DNA of 64,000 nucleotides from the NCBI GenBank assembly GCA_031362405.1, contig JANLSO010000056.1, positions 2,981 through 66,980 on the forward strand. The letters are read 5' to 3'. Each line of letters starts with the position of its first letter. Positions within the stretch are counted from its first letter, which is position 1. Both the position numbers and the translations under genes were made by a program. Source of the DNA: Thermoleophilia bacterium. Its GTDB lineage: Bacteria > Actinomycetota > Thermoleophilia > Miltoncostaeales > Miltoncostaeaceae. A model generated the notes under the pieces. That model ran no database searches. It was not told the origin of the DNA and was given only the letters and a program-made list of their open reading frames with translations. Shown here one piece after another: positions 1-12,146 of the stretch.

Positions 1-773
1 TCGGCCAGCCACCACTTACTCAGACGCTCGGCCCTTGGATGGACCGCCTGCCTCAGAAACAATCCAAGCGCGCGGCGCGAGAGAAGACGCTCGTGGCCGA
101 TCTCCTCGGGCAGATACCAAGGTTCCATTTAATGCAGCAGGACCTTGCCCCGAGTTTCACAAACGCACTGCCGTTCTATTGGGCGGGGTTCGACGTCCGG
201 GTGCGGTACACCTATCGCATCGATGACGTCAGCGACCTCAATAAGGTCTGGTCAGAGTTCGACCAGAGGGCCCGCCGCAGTGTGAGGAAGGCCGAGCAGA
301 ACCTCGAAGTGCGTCCGAGTGAAGACATCGAACCTCTCATCAAACTGATCGACCGGACGCTCCGTCGGGCAGGCGCGCGAGCCCCGGATCCGGATCTGGT
401 TCGTCGGATCGACAGCGTTCTCGCGGGACGCGGGCGACGCAGCCTCTTCTACGCCGTCGATTCCGCAAACCGCATGCACGCGGTGGCCTACTTCGTGTGG
501 GACGACTTCACCACCTACTACCTGCTGGGGGGGCGTGACGAGGCGATGCCAGAGGTCGGGGCTCCGAGTCTCCTGATGTGGGCAGGAATCCAGGGCGCAG
601 CCCAACGCGGGCAGATCTTCGATTTCGAGGGGTCCATGCTGGCGCCGATCGAAGAGTTTTTCCGCGGCTTCGGCGGTGTGCCGACGCCCTACCTACGCGT
701 GTCTAAGATACGGGGCGCCGGTCACCTGTTGGCAGCTGCGCGAGGTGTCCGAGAGCGACGGAGGGGGCGGTGA
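1..773 (+). CDS. FemAB-like / GNAT (Acetyltransf_6-type) acyltransferase, 5' end outside window
   Basis: Frame is open from base 3 (listed ORF 39..773). Blocks ALPFYWAGFDVRVRYTYRI, YYLLGGRD, GAPSLLMWAGIQ and FDFEGSM..FFRGFGG fit FemAB-like GNAT proteins of glycan loci. Stop overlaps next start (GTGA at 770). Confidence 0.6.
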   Translation, partial: GQPPLTQTLGPWMDRLPQKQSKRAAREKTLVADLLGQIPRFHLMQQDLAPSFTNALPFYWAGFDVRVRYTYRIDDVSDLNKVWSEFDQRARRSVRKAEQNLEVRPSEDIEPLIKLIDRTLRRAGARAPDPDLVRRIDSVLAGRGRRSLFYAVDSANRMHAVAYFVWDDFTTYYLLGGRDEAMPEVGAPSLLMWAGIQGAAQRGQIFDFEGSMLAPIEEFFRGFGGVPTPYLRVSKIRGAGHLLAAARGVRERRRGR

Positions 774-2167
774 CGCCCCCGGGTTTGCTGGTCACAGTTC
801 CGCCCTCGTTTACTCCCGAGCGAGCCTGGACGGTCCGAGTGCTTTTGGGAACCGTCCTCGGGCTGCGATTCCGGATTGGCTTTGGCGATGGTCCGGGAGT
901 ACGGCTTACCTGCGACGGCGAACCGGGGACCCTCGAGCTCGCTGACGGTCTTTTTTCAGGGCCCGAAAGGAACTTGCTAGACGCCGGCTCGTTGCCGACT
1001 CTGCCTGTCGGACAATGGCGGGTCACGGCCGACCTTCCAGGAGCCGCTCTCTGCGAGGATGACCTGCCTGTGCTTTTCGGAACTGCGAAGGAAGACGGTT
1101 CGTGGTTGTCGGAGTCGTCCGGCAGTGTCCTGCACCTGTCGGCGGACCTGATCGGTGGCGCCTTCTTCCTCTTGTCCCGTCTCGAGGAGGCCATCTCGTC
1201 TCACGTCGACGTCCATTGCCGATTTCCCGGCACGTCGTCGGTCGCCTACCGGGCGGGTTTTCTTGATCGACCCATTGTCAATGAGTACGCAGAGGTCCTG
1301 TTTCAACTTATGCGTCGCCTGTGGCCACGAATCGAACGTGCCAGGCAGTCGTACAAGCTGGTCCTTAGCCACGACGTGGACCTCCCGTTCTGCCGGGACG
1401 GAGTCCCTCGCCGCGTTCTTGGGGATCTCCTTCGCCGACGTGACTCAGGGCTCGCCGTGAGGAGGGCGCTCTCGACCATGAGACCAGAACGAACCGACGA
1501 ACGGTCCGATGTCTGCTTTACCTTCGACATGATCATGGACGAGGCCGAGAAGGCCGGTGTAAGCACGGTATTCAACTTTCTCGCCGGTGGGCAGGGCGAC
1601 CCACGGAACGGCCGGTACTCCCTTTCGGAGCCTCGGGTCGGTTGGCTGATGAGGCGGATCTCCGCACGGGGGCATGAGATCGGTCTACACCCGAGCTACC
1701 ACACATATGAAGACGCCGATCGAACCGCTTGGGAGTTCGGGTCTCTCCGCGCGGCCGCGGCGCGCCTAGGGATTGTTCAAGAGCGATGGGGCGGGCGCCA
1801 GCACTATCTCCGCTGGCGTAATCCGATCACGTGGCAAAACTGGGCCGACGCGGGTCTCGACTACGACTCGACTCTGGGCTTTGCGGACACACCCGGATTT
1901 CGCTGTGGCATCTGTGTGCCCTTTCCGGTCTTCAACATCCTCGCCAGAGCGGAGTTACCGCTTGTGGAAAGACCTCTCGTGGTCATGGACGGAACTCTCC
2001 TCGACTACCAAAAGCTCCGTCCCGAAGGGGCGCTCGAGGCCATCGAACATCTCGCCCAGCGGTGCCGTCGGGTCAGCGGCCATTTCACACTGCTCTGGCA
2101 CAACGATCGGCTCGCTACCGGCGCCGGAAAGCGGCTGTTCGGGAGCTCCCTTCGCGTGGCGGGTTGA
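770..2167 (+). CDS. polysaccharide deacetylase-family protein (NodB-like C-terminal half)
   Basis: 465-aa ORF. LSHDVDLPF, NFLAGG, GHEIGLHPSYHTYED and RWRNPITW motifs resemble carbohydrate-esterase-4-like deacetylases. Translationally coupled to the upstream acyltransferase. Confidence 0.6.
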   Translation: MTPPGLLVTVPPSFTPERAWTVRVLLGTVLGLRFRIGFGDGPGVRLTCDGEPGTLELADGLFSGPERNLLDAGSLPTLPVGQWRVTADLPGAALCEDDLPVLFGTAKEDGSWLSESSGSVLHLSADLIGGAFFLLSRLEEAISSHVDVHCRFPGTSSVAYRAGFLDRPIVNEYAEVLFQLMRRLWPRIERARQSYKLVLSHDVDLPFCRDGVPRRVLGDLLRRRDSGLAVRRALSTMRPERTDERSDVCFTFDMIMDEAEKAGVSTVFNFLAGGQGDPRNGRYSLSEPRVGWLMRRISARGHEIGLHPSYHTYEDADRTAWEFGSLRAAAARLGIVQERWGGRQHYLRWRNPITWQNWADAGLDYDSTLGFADTPGFRCGICVPFPVFNILARAELPLVERPLVVMDGTLLDYQKLRPEGALEAIEHLAQRCRRVSGHFTLLWHNDRLATGAGKRLFGSSLRVAG

Positions 2168-2570
2168 GTGCGCCTCGGACAGCTCCTACCACACACTTCG
2201 AGGTGCACGCGCGCCTGGTTCCGTCGGTGCTCGATCTCGAGATGCAGGAGCCTTGGGGGCCTCGGCCCATTACGTACGCCCACAGAGGTAAGAGTGCCCC
2301 AGCGCAACGTGCGTTGTCGCATTCTTATTGGTGCTGCCTCGCGGCTGAGTTAAGGAGGGTGCAATCCGTGGCGGCACCTAAGTGCGCTTGCTTGCGTACG
2401 GACAGCCGCTATCCCGCGGGGATCCCGGTACCACGTCGGTGTGCCCGGCGCGACGGGCCCGCGTCCGGCCGGCTTCGGCGGTCGAGCCTCAAACCGGCCC
2501 GGCAATTGGCCGGGGGACGGCATCAATGCATTTGCGGCCCGGCATCGCCCGGCGCCAACACGGTGGTCTC

Positions 2571-3689
2571 ATGAGCAGCGTTCCGCGTGTCGTCCTGTTC
2601 TCGTTTCACTATCTTGGCTCGGACAGAAAGGCTGGCTTCCAGTGGATTGCGGACGCATTCTGGCGTATGGGCTGGGACGTAGTCTTTGTTACTGCCCCGA
2701 TCAGCAGAGTCTCACGCCTGAGACGGGACTTCCGGTTCGACTACCCCGTCTGCGAAGAGGCGAACCGGCTCGTACAAGTCCACGAACGGCTGCGTAGTTA
2801 CGTACTTTACACCAACTACCACCCAGTAGCTTTGCCTCACGCCTGGATGAACTGGCTCAGCGCCCCCCTTTTTGCGCGATATGGGAGAACCCCACTTAAG
2901 TCGCTTGCGGAGGCGGTGGCTGGGTCCGACCTGATGATCATTGAGAGCACACCTGCGATTCTGCTTGTTCCGCAATTGCAGAGATTGAATCCGGCCGGTC
3001 GTTTGGTCTACCGCGCCTCCGACGATCTCACGTTTCCCAACTTACGAACACACCCATCAGTTCTTAATGCCGAAGAATCCTTGGCGCCAGAATTTGATCT
3101 TATCAGCACCGCCAGTCACATCACCGTGGATCGCCTAGGCAGCGACAACGCCACGTACCACCCTCACGGCGTGGCGAAACATCTTTTCGATCGCGCCGAG
3201 ACATCCCCGTATGTGGAAGGAACTCATGTGGTGTGGGTGGGAACCAAATGGATGGATGATGCCTTCATGGAGCTTGCAGCGGCCGCATTTCCCAAATGGG
3301 AATTTCACGTGATCGGGCCGATACCCCGGACGGTGTCGCATCCCAACGTGCACTACTACGGCGAGCTTCCCTTCGAGGAGACCGTCCCGCTTATCCGCCA
3401 CGCCGACATCGGACTGTCAACGTTCCCTACACTAAAGGCGGAGGGTAGAACGCGCGACAGCATGAGAATCCATAGCCTCAAGACCACGCAGTACACCTAC
3501 TGCGGTCTTCCAATAGTGGCGCCCTCGGACCTCTTCATTGATCGGGAAAACGTGTTCTCGTACAACGTTGCAGAGCCATCGACCGTGCGGGAAGCACTGG
3601 AGGCGGCTGCGGCAGCCGGGCGCAGGCCAGAGCTAGCCGAGGGTATCCTCTCTTGGGATGATCTGGCGCAGATCCTTTTGGGTGTCTGA
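2571..3689 (+). CDS. glycosyltransferase, tentatively GumK-like (GT70-type)
   Basis: ATG at 2571 inside listed ORF 2382..3689. N-terminus PRVVLFSFHYLGSDRKAGFQWIADAFWRMGWDVVFVTAPIS resembles GumK-type glucuronosyltransferases. Codon usage is clearly atypical for this window (AGA, ATA, TTA, CTA codons, many A/T third positions). Confidence 0.5.
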   Translation: MSSVPRVVLFSFHYLGSDRKAGFQWIADAFWRMGWDVVFVTAPISRVSRLRRDFRFDYPVCEEANRLVQVHERLRSYVLYTNYHPVALPHAWMNWLSAPLFARYGRTPLKSLAEAVAGSDLMIIESTPAILLVPQLQRLNPAGRLVYRASDDLTFPNLRTHPSVLNAEESLAPEFDLISTASHITVDRLGSDNATYHPHGVAKHLFDRAETSPYVEGTHVVWVGTKWMDDAFMELAAAAFPKWEFHVIGPIPRTVSHPNVHYYGELPFEETVPLIRHADIGLSTFPTLKAEGRTRDSMRIHSLKTTQYTYCGLPIVAPSDLFIDRENVFSYNVAEPSTVREALEAAAAAGRRPELAEGILSWDDLAQILLGV

Positions 3690-3849
3690 TGATGCTCTCC
3701 GTCGCGCTGGCTTTGGCGGAGGCCATGGTCTGCGTCGGGTTCTCCGGCGTCTGAATAAGGCTCCGTGGCCGTCCTTACTGATTGCCCTTGCGGGTATCGG
3801 TCAGGGCACGCTGATTCGCTCGCCTGGGCGAAGTTAAAGTTCTGGAGGG

Positions 3850-4488
3850 TTGGTGTTGGGCCACAATATGGTCGGATTCAGGATCTCCGTGGTGTGCACT
3901 GCTAACCGGTTCAGGTCGCCTGCGGCGGCCGCATGCATGCGGGTCAAACTTGCGGAGTTCGGCGTCAGCGTGGATTCGATGGCCTCTGCGGGCCCGTCGG
4001 GGGCGCCCGCAATTTCACAGGTCGTGGCTCAGATGGCTGAGCGTGGGGTAGATCTGTCTCTGCATCGCTCCACAGCTTGGCGGCCTGGCTTGCTCGGCGA
4101 GAGTGACCTGGTCGTGTGCTTCGAGGGGCAGCACGCCGCCGTCGCTATCGTCGAGGCCGGGGCGCCTCGAGAGCGGACTTTCCTCTTGCAAGAGCTGCTT
4201 GACCTACTGCCGGCTGTTCGCCTTGGCACCCCTCCTCTTGGGGTCAGGGACGTCCACGCCCGCCTTGATCGCGCGGGCCGTTTCCGTACGGGTGATTTCT
4301 TCGATCCCCGATATCAGTACCCAGATCCGATGGAAGGACCGACGTGGAAGTACCGCACCAGAGTCACGGAGATCGCCGACCTGAGTGAGCGTCTCGCATG
4401 TCGTGTCTTCGGTTTACGGGAGGTTGGGTTCGCTGACTTCCCACCCCCCGCGCGAGGAGGGTTTCTTCGTCGGCACAGAGACCGCTGA
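3850..4488 (+). CDS. low-molecular-weight protein-tyrosine phosphatase family protein
   Basis: P-loop C-X5-R-S signature VCTANRFRSP near the N-terminus and a downstream DP motif (FFDPRY). GGAGG at 3844-3848. The exact start is ambiguous (TTG 3850, GTG 3853, ATG 3868). Confidence 0.7.
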   Translation: MVLGHNMVGFRISVVCTANRFRSPAAAACMRVKLAEFGVSVDSMASAGPSGAPAISQVVAQMAERGVDLSLHRSTAWRPGLLGESDLVVCFEGQHAAVAIVEAGAPRERTFLLQELLDLLPAVRLGTPPLGVRDVHARLDRAGRFRTGDFFDPRYQYPDPMEGPTWKYRTRVTEIADLSERLACRVFGLREVGFADFPPPARGGFLRRHRDR

Positions 4489-5019
4489 TTCCAGGCCCTT
4501 CCGGGGCCCCGCCGCCTTCATCTTTGAAGGATCCGGGTTCATAGATTCTCGCCCACCCCCTGAGGGCGCCTCGAACGGGCCCACCGGGGGCCTGAACCTC
4601 CTGATCAAAAAGGTGAACGCGCCGACCACGGCTTCAACTGGCCCGCAACCCGGCATCCCCGCCGCGCATCCGAACCCGCACTGCCCACTCGGATACGTAG
4701 CGCCAGGTTGATTGGGCGGGGCCAATGCAGACCATCTCACATCGGTGCGCTCGCCGAAGCGTTCGCCGGCACGCGCCACCATCTCGGGCGCGAAGTCGAT
4801 GCCGAGCGTCGTGCCGCCGCCGAGGCGCTCGGCCAATGCGACCGTGGTTGCTCCCGGGCCGCAGGCGATATCAAGACCCTGAGCGCCCGGGGCGGGCGCC
4901 AGCAGATCGAGTCCGCGAGCCGTTAGGTGGGCGGTGCGCTCGGCCCACATCTGCTCGTGGACGTCGGCGACCCGACCCCGCGCGGCCCGCAACCTCGTTT
5001 TCTCGGCCGACTCCTTCAT
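4414..5019 (-). CDS. class I SAM-dependent methyltransferase, probably degenerate in its C-terminal half
   Basis: ATG at 5019 preceded by AAGGAGG. Motif I is LDIACGPGATTVALAERL followed by GIDFAPEMV. After ~95 residues the translation loses methyltransferase character and overlaps the convergent phosphatase gene by 75 nt. Confidence 0.45.
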   Translation of the reverse strand: MKESAEKTRLRAARGRVADVHEQMWAERTAHLTARGLDLLAPAPGAQGLDIACGPGATTVALAERLGGGTTLGIDFAPEMVARAGERFGERTDVRWSALAPPNQPGATYPSGQCGFGCAAGMPGCGPVEAVVGAFTFLIRRFRPPVGPFEAPSGGGRESMNPDPSKMKAAGPRKGLESAVSVPTKKPSSRGGWEVSEPNLP

Positions 5020-5111
5020 TGCGTCGCCTCCTTGGAACCGGCTGCGAGCGTATTCCCGCGACCGGCCGTGAGGCAATCGGCCGGCATGGCTAGGGGCGGC
5101 GATCACCGCTG

Positions 5112-5158
5112 GCGACTCTTATAGACTAGAACATAATCGTCTTCTCTATAAGCGTCGC
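5112..5158. promoter_or_regulatory. 14-nt inverted repeat (13/14) with 19-nt spacer in an AT-rich patch; candidate operator
   Basis: GCGACTCTTATAGA (5112-5125) and TCTATAAGCGTCGC (5145-5158) are reverse complements with one mismatch. It lies about 95 nt upstream of the methyltransferase start in a locally AT-rich stretch. Confidence 0.4.
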
Positions 5159-5217
5159 ACCTGACGAATAGGCATCCGGGGGGTACCACGGCTGGCGTCT
5201 CTGGGTGTCGGCTCGCA

Positions 5218-6276
5218 TCACGAGACCCAGAGTCGGTCGAGTGGGACCGCGTAAAGGCGGTCATCAAGGCGGTACGCGTATGGGCCGGAGTGGAGCACGA
5301 CCCCTGCGAGGAACGACTCGCCTAACGAGTCTCGCAGCGTGCGAAGACCCTTGACGTCCTGGTCGCGGGCGCGGAGCCGGCCTTGATCTCGACGGCGGCG
5401 ACACCCCCGTCGTACCGCTCGAGGACCAGGTCGACCTCGGCTCCGTCGTGAGTGCGCCAGTGCCCCGTATGCGCGATCTCATCCGAGCAGGCGAGCTGCT
5501 TGTGGATCTCCCCGACGGCGAACGACTCCGTGAGGTGCCCGAGTTCCGTCAGCGCGCTGGGGGTGAGGCGGGCGAGGTTCGATGCGCCGAGCCGCAGCAT
5601 GTGGGCGGCAAGACCCGTGTCGGTGACATGGATCTTCGGGCTCGAAACTGCTCGGGCGCGCAGGGTCGTGCCCCAGGCGGGGAGGCGATACACCAAGAAG
5701 ACCGCCTCGAGCAGGCGCAGGTAGTTCTCTGCGGACGATGTCTCGAGGTCCGTATCTCGGGCGGCGCGGGAGACGTTCAGCATCTGGGCGGTTTGCCCAA
5801 CGATGCGAGCCAGGTAGCGGGGCATCCGATCGCGTTGTCTGATCCGCGAGAGTTCCACCACGTCGCGCTCCAGCACGCGAGCGAGGTAGTCGTCAAACCA
5901 ACGCGCCCGCCTTTGGCCTGGCGGCCTCGAGAGCGGAACGGGCATGCCCCCGCCCACGATCCGTTCGATGTATTCGGCCCGCGAGGTTGTCGACCGCGCC
6001 GAGACGACCATTTTGCCTGGATCGTTCAGGAGATGGTCGACGAACGTTTCGCGGACCCCATGGAGCTCGCCCTGCGAGAGAGGCCAGATCGCCATGATGT
6101 GAAGACGCCCCGTCAACGATTGCGCGGCCAAGGGAAGAGTCGCGTAGCTGGTCGAACCCGTGAGTACGAATCTCCCCGGTCGAAGTCCGCGATTCAGGTC
6201 CGCCTTGATGGCATCGAGAAGGGCAGGGGCATGTTGAAACTCGTCGATGAAGACCGGAGGTCTAGCATGAGATTCG

Positions 6277-6290
<14 letters not shown>
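5218..6290 (-). pseudogene. AAA ATPase with DUF4143 domain, 5'-truncated and frameshifted near the 3' end
   Basis: Listed ORF 5322..6290 starts directly at the Walker-B-like FIDEFQ, so the P-loop region is missing. After EIKAGSAP the conserved tail RDQDVKGLRTLRDSLGESFLAGVVLHSGPYAYRLDDRLYAVPLDRLW continues in another frame, down to a TGA at 5218. Confidence 0.7.
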
Positions 6291-9262
<2,972 letters not shown>

Positions 9263-9266
<4 letters not shown>

Positions 9267-9808
9267 CGGATGAGCTGCGGCTCGACCCGCCGGTCGAAAG
9301 CGAGCTGATCTACGACGGCAGCGTCCTCCGCCTGCGCGTGTCGCATTACCGGCGCCCCAGCGGGATGGTCGTACGGCGCGAGGTGATCGACCAGCTCGGC
9401 GCGGTGATGATCGTGCCCGTCGAACGCGACCACGTGTTGATGGTGCGCCAGCCCCGCGAGGCCGTGGAAACGTACCTCCTCGAGCTGCCAGCCGGGAAGC
9501 TTGATTCCGCCGACGAGGTGCCCGTGGAGGCGGCGAAACGCGAGCTTGCCGAAGAGGTCGGGCGTGCGGCGGGATCGTGGGAGTACCTGGGCGGCTTCTA
9601 CGCCGCACCCGCCGTGCTCACCGAGGTCATGCACTGCTACCTGGCCACCGACCTGACGATCATCGACGCCCCCCCGTTGCCCGACGAGGATGAGGAGATC
9701 GAGGTCGTCGCGGTTCCGCTTTCGGAGATCCCCGCCCTACTCGGGGAGATCCGCGACGCCAAGACCCTGATCGGCCTCATGCACCTGGCCCGAACCCTCG
9801 GTCTGTAG
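9263..9808 (+). CDS. NUDIX hydrolase (ADP-ribose pyrophosphatase-like)
   Basis: Nudix box GKLDSADEVPVEAAKRELAEEVG. ATG at 9263 overlaps the M20 stop (ATGA). Confidence 0.85.
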
Positions 9809-9814
9809 GCGAGC

Positions 9815-10204
9815 TCAGGGGATGCTGACCCGCGGGTCGACGGTGCGCCACCGGCGGTCGAAGGTCCAGACGACGTCGGCGCCGATCACCTCGGCCACGA
9901 CGAGCGCGGTCGCGTCGGGCACGCTCAGGGCGCGGTGGCGCGCCCCGAGAAACGCGGCCTCGTCGGCAATCCGCGCGGTAACGGGCACGGTGACGCACCC
10001 CATGACGAAATCCCTGGCGGCCCCCAGGGCCCGTCCGCCGACTCGCGACGGTCCAATCAGAATCTCCGCGCGCGTCGTCGCGGCCATCACGATCTCGTCG
10101 TCTGCCGCGGACGCCATGGCGGCGGCCGCCGCCGCGTGGTGGGTATCGTCGACCGCCAGCGCCGCAATCGCGACACTCGCGTCGATGACGATCAGCCGCG
10201 CCAA
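9815..10204 (-). CDS. vapC: PIN-domain toxin (VapC-like)
   Basis: 129 aa. Has the N-terminal IVIDASV acidic motif and a C-terminal DATALVVAE..VWTFD pattern of PIN nucleases. Overlaps the upstream antitoxin by 13 nt. Confidence 0.8.
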   Translation of the reverse strand: MARLIVIDASVAIAALAVDDTHHAAAAAAMASAADDEIVMAATTRAEILIGPSRVGGRALGAARDFVMGCVTVPVTARIADEAAFLGARHRALSVPDATALVVAEVIGADVVWTFDRRWRTVDPRVSIP

Positions 10205-10440
10205 CCGACGCGCACCTCATCGAGGTATCCCGGCGGGTAGGTCTCGCTGTCGAGTGTCCCCACCGCGGCCATCAATCGCGCACGCCGTTGCGCACGCTCT
10301 GCCTGCCCAGGTGGTGCGCCCATCAGCTCGTGACGAATGGCCGTTCGGATCAACTCCGCCTCACTGGTGCCGCGTTCTTTCGCCGCGACCTTGAGCTCCC
10401 GATGCAGCTCGTCGGGCAGGTACACCGTCGTCTTCATCAT
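10192..10440 (-). CDS. vapB: ribbon-helix-helix (CopG-type) antitoxin
   Basis: MMKTTVYLPDELHRELKVAAKERGTSEAELIRTAI is a classic RHH N-terminus. Lies immediately upstream of the PIN gene. Confidence 0.75.
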   Translation of the reverse strand: MMKTTVYLPDELHRELKVAAKERGTSEAELIRTAIRHELMGAPPGQAERAQRRARLMAAVGTLDSETYPPGYLDEVRVGWRG

Positions 10441-10566
10441 TGGAAGACGGTACCACACGTCTTGTATGGCATCCGCTGTGCAGAGCGTGCCAACGGCGAT
10501 CGACCTGCGGGGCGCCGAGGCCTGAGGGGCGTTGATCTCGGCGCATCATCACATCATGATGACGAG

Positions 10567-10809
10567 ATGCGAACGACAATCGATATCCCCGATCACGACC
10601 ACGCTCGATTCACTGCCCTTGCCCGCGAGCGGCGTGTGACGCTCGGTGTCCTGTTGGTCGAGCTGGCCGACCGCGGGCTGAGGAGCACCGCATCGCCTGC
10701 CGGTGATCTGCGACGAAGTCCTCGAACTGGGCTGTTGACGGTCTCGCCAGGCATCCCCATCACGCCTGAGGAAGTGCGGGCCTTCCTCGAAGACGACGGC
10801 CTGGAGTGA
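10567..10809 (+). CDS. vapB: type II antitoxin (VapB-like)
   Basis: 80-aa ORF from ATG 10567 (MRTTIDIPDHDHARFTALARERRVTLGVLLVELA). Its stop overlaps the GTG of the downstream PIN gene. A 10-nt palindrome CATCATGATG lies just upstream. Confidence 0.7.
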   Translation: MRTTIDIPDHDHARFTALARERRVTLGVLLVELADRGLRSTASPAGDLRRSPRTGLLTVSPGIPITPEEVRAFLEDDGLE

Positions 10810-11207
10810 CCTGGCTGCTGGATGCGAACGTCTTGATCGGTCTCACCGACACTGACCACACCGCACACGAGCGCTGCGAGGAGTGGTTCGTGGGCCCCGA
10901 GGTCACGCGGTTCGCCACCTGCCCGATCACGCAGAGTGCACTGGTAAGGCTTACGCTTGCGCGCCTGCCCGAGCGTGGCATCGGCGCGGCCCTCAGCGTG
11001 CTCGAGAGCGTAACGGCCGATCGCCGACACGAGTTCTGGGCCGACGATCTGCCCTTGGTCGACGTGCGGTGGGAAGGGGTTGTTGGGCATCGCCAGGTCA
11101 CCGACGCCTACCTTGCCCAGCTCGCTCGGCGACGCAGCGCCCGCCTGATCACTCTCGATGCGGGCCTCGCCACCCTGCATCCGGACGTGGCTCAGCTTGT
11201 CGTCTGA
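10806..11207 (+). CDS. vapC: PIN-domain toxin (VapC-like)
   Basis: WLLDANVLI N-terminal acidic motif, conserved HRQVTDAYLAQLA and ITLD near the C-terminus. 133 aa. Confidence 0.85.
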   Translation: MTWLLDANVLIGLTDTDHTAHERCEEWFVGPEVTRFATCPITQSALVRLTLARLPERGIGAALSVLESVTADRRHEFWADDLPLVDVRWEGVVGHRQVTDAYLAQLARRRSARLITLDAGLATLHPDVAQLVV

Positions 11208-11279
11208 AACACAGCGGGGCACCGGGACGCAAGGGCGCAAAACGCCCGGTGCCCGGGACGCAAAGACAAGAGCCTCCTA

Positions 11280-11860
11280 AAGGCCGTTCCCACCAGGGCG
11301 CCGATGGCGTAGGTGAGGGCCATTGCGGCCGCGCCCCAGGCGGCGACGCGGTAGCGGCTCGGCTCATCGGGCGCCGCCGAGCCGGGCGTCGGCGCCTCCC
11401 AGGCCGGCGAGGGCGATCAGGGTGACGACGACGGTCAACGCGATGCGTATCCCCTCCTGGGCGAGGGTGATCGCCCGCAACGGCACGGCTGCCCCGAGCG
11501 AGACCGCGGCGGCCGACGACCACGCCGCCTGCGCGGCCGGGCCACCGTGTTTTGGTCGAGTTCGCGCAGCTCACCTTCCGGGTCGTCGCGCAGCTCGCGG
11601 CTTTCCAGGCGTAGATCAGCCATCTCCGCGTCGCGCTGGGAGCTGACCGACACGAACACTCCGGCGGCCATCGACACGGCGCCCGCCACCAGGCCCGCGA
11701 GCCCGGCGGTTGCAATCGCGCTCACCGACTCGTCCGCGGCGGCGACGCCGAGTACCAGCCCGGCCGTGGAGAGAATGCCGTCGTAGGCCCCGAGCACCGA
11801 TGCCCGGGAGCCATCCCTCGCGGTGTCCCAGATGCCGTTCCTGGTGGGCGCGCGCCATCA
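11280..11860 (-). pseudogene. VIT1/CCC1-family iron/manganese transporter, multiply frameshifted with an internal deletion
   Basis: The family sequence is split over at least three frames: MARAHQERHLGHREGWL / RASVLGAYDGILSTAGLVLGVAAA..SVSSQRDAE..ELRELD / AQAAWSSAAAVSLGAAVPL..LTVVVTLIALAGLGGA / RVAAWGAAAMALTYAIGALVG. The cytoplasmic helix region between ELRELD and AQAAWS is missing. Confidence 0.75.
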
Positions 11861-11899
11861 GGTCGCCGCCTGAAAAGCCGGGCGCGCGCACACGACTTT

Positions 11900-12146
11900 T
11901 AGGGGGCGTGGGGTAGAGGTCAGGGCGACCCTCGCGGTCGGCCAGGTGCCGCAGCATCGTGTTCGATTCGACGACCAGCGCCGGCACCGTGGCGTAGGGG
12001 TGAATCGCCCGGCATCACTCGGGTCTCTCGCCGGTCAGCGGCACGATGACCGTCCGGTAGTCGAGGCCCAGCTCGCCTGACACAAAGCGCACCTTGCGCC
12101 CGTTGGATGAATCAGGGTTGTCGTAAAGAACGAGGTCTGTCGGCAC
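11900..12146 (-). pseudogene. glutathione S-transferase N-terminal-domain remnant with in-frame TGA
   Basis: DLVLYDNPDSSNGRKVRFVSGELGLDYRTVIVPLTGERPE-TGA-CRAIHPYATVPALVVESNTMLRHLADREGRPDLYP matches a GST thioredoxin-like domain. The stop sits where an aromatic residue is expected. The C-terminal GST domain is absent. Confidence 0.65.

Noticed and set aside
3850-5019. Reading the LMW-PTP plus methyltransferase pair as an ArsC/ArsM arsenic-resistance module with the AT-rich inverted repeat as an ArsR operator.
   Set aside because: The P-loop context (CTANRFRSP..AAA) fits phosphotyrosine phosphatases as well as ArsC. The extra ArsC cysteine pair is not evident. The methyltransferase lacks the Cys-rich ArsM features and is degenerate, and there is no arsR or arsB nearby.
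12015-12017. In-frame TGA in the GST remnant read as selenocysteine or programmed recoding.
   Set aside because: The codon replaces an aromatic position of the GST fold (TGG to TGA is one step). The gene also lacks its C-terminal domain, and I saw no SECIS-like hairpin. A plain nonsense mutation in a pseudogene is the simpler reading.
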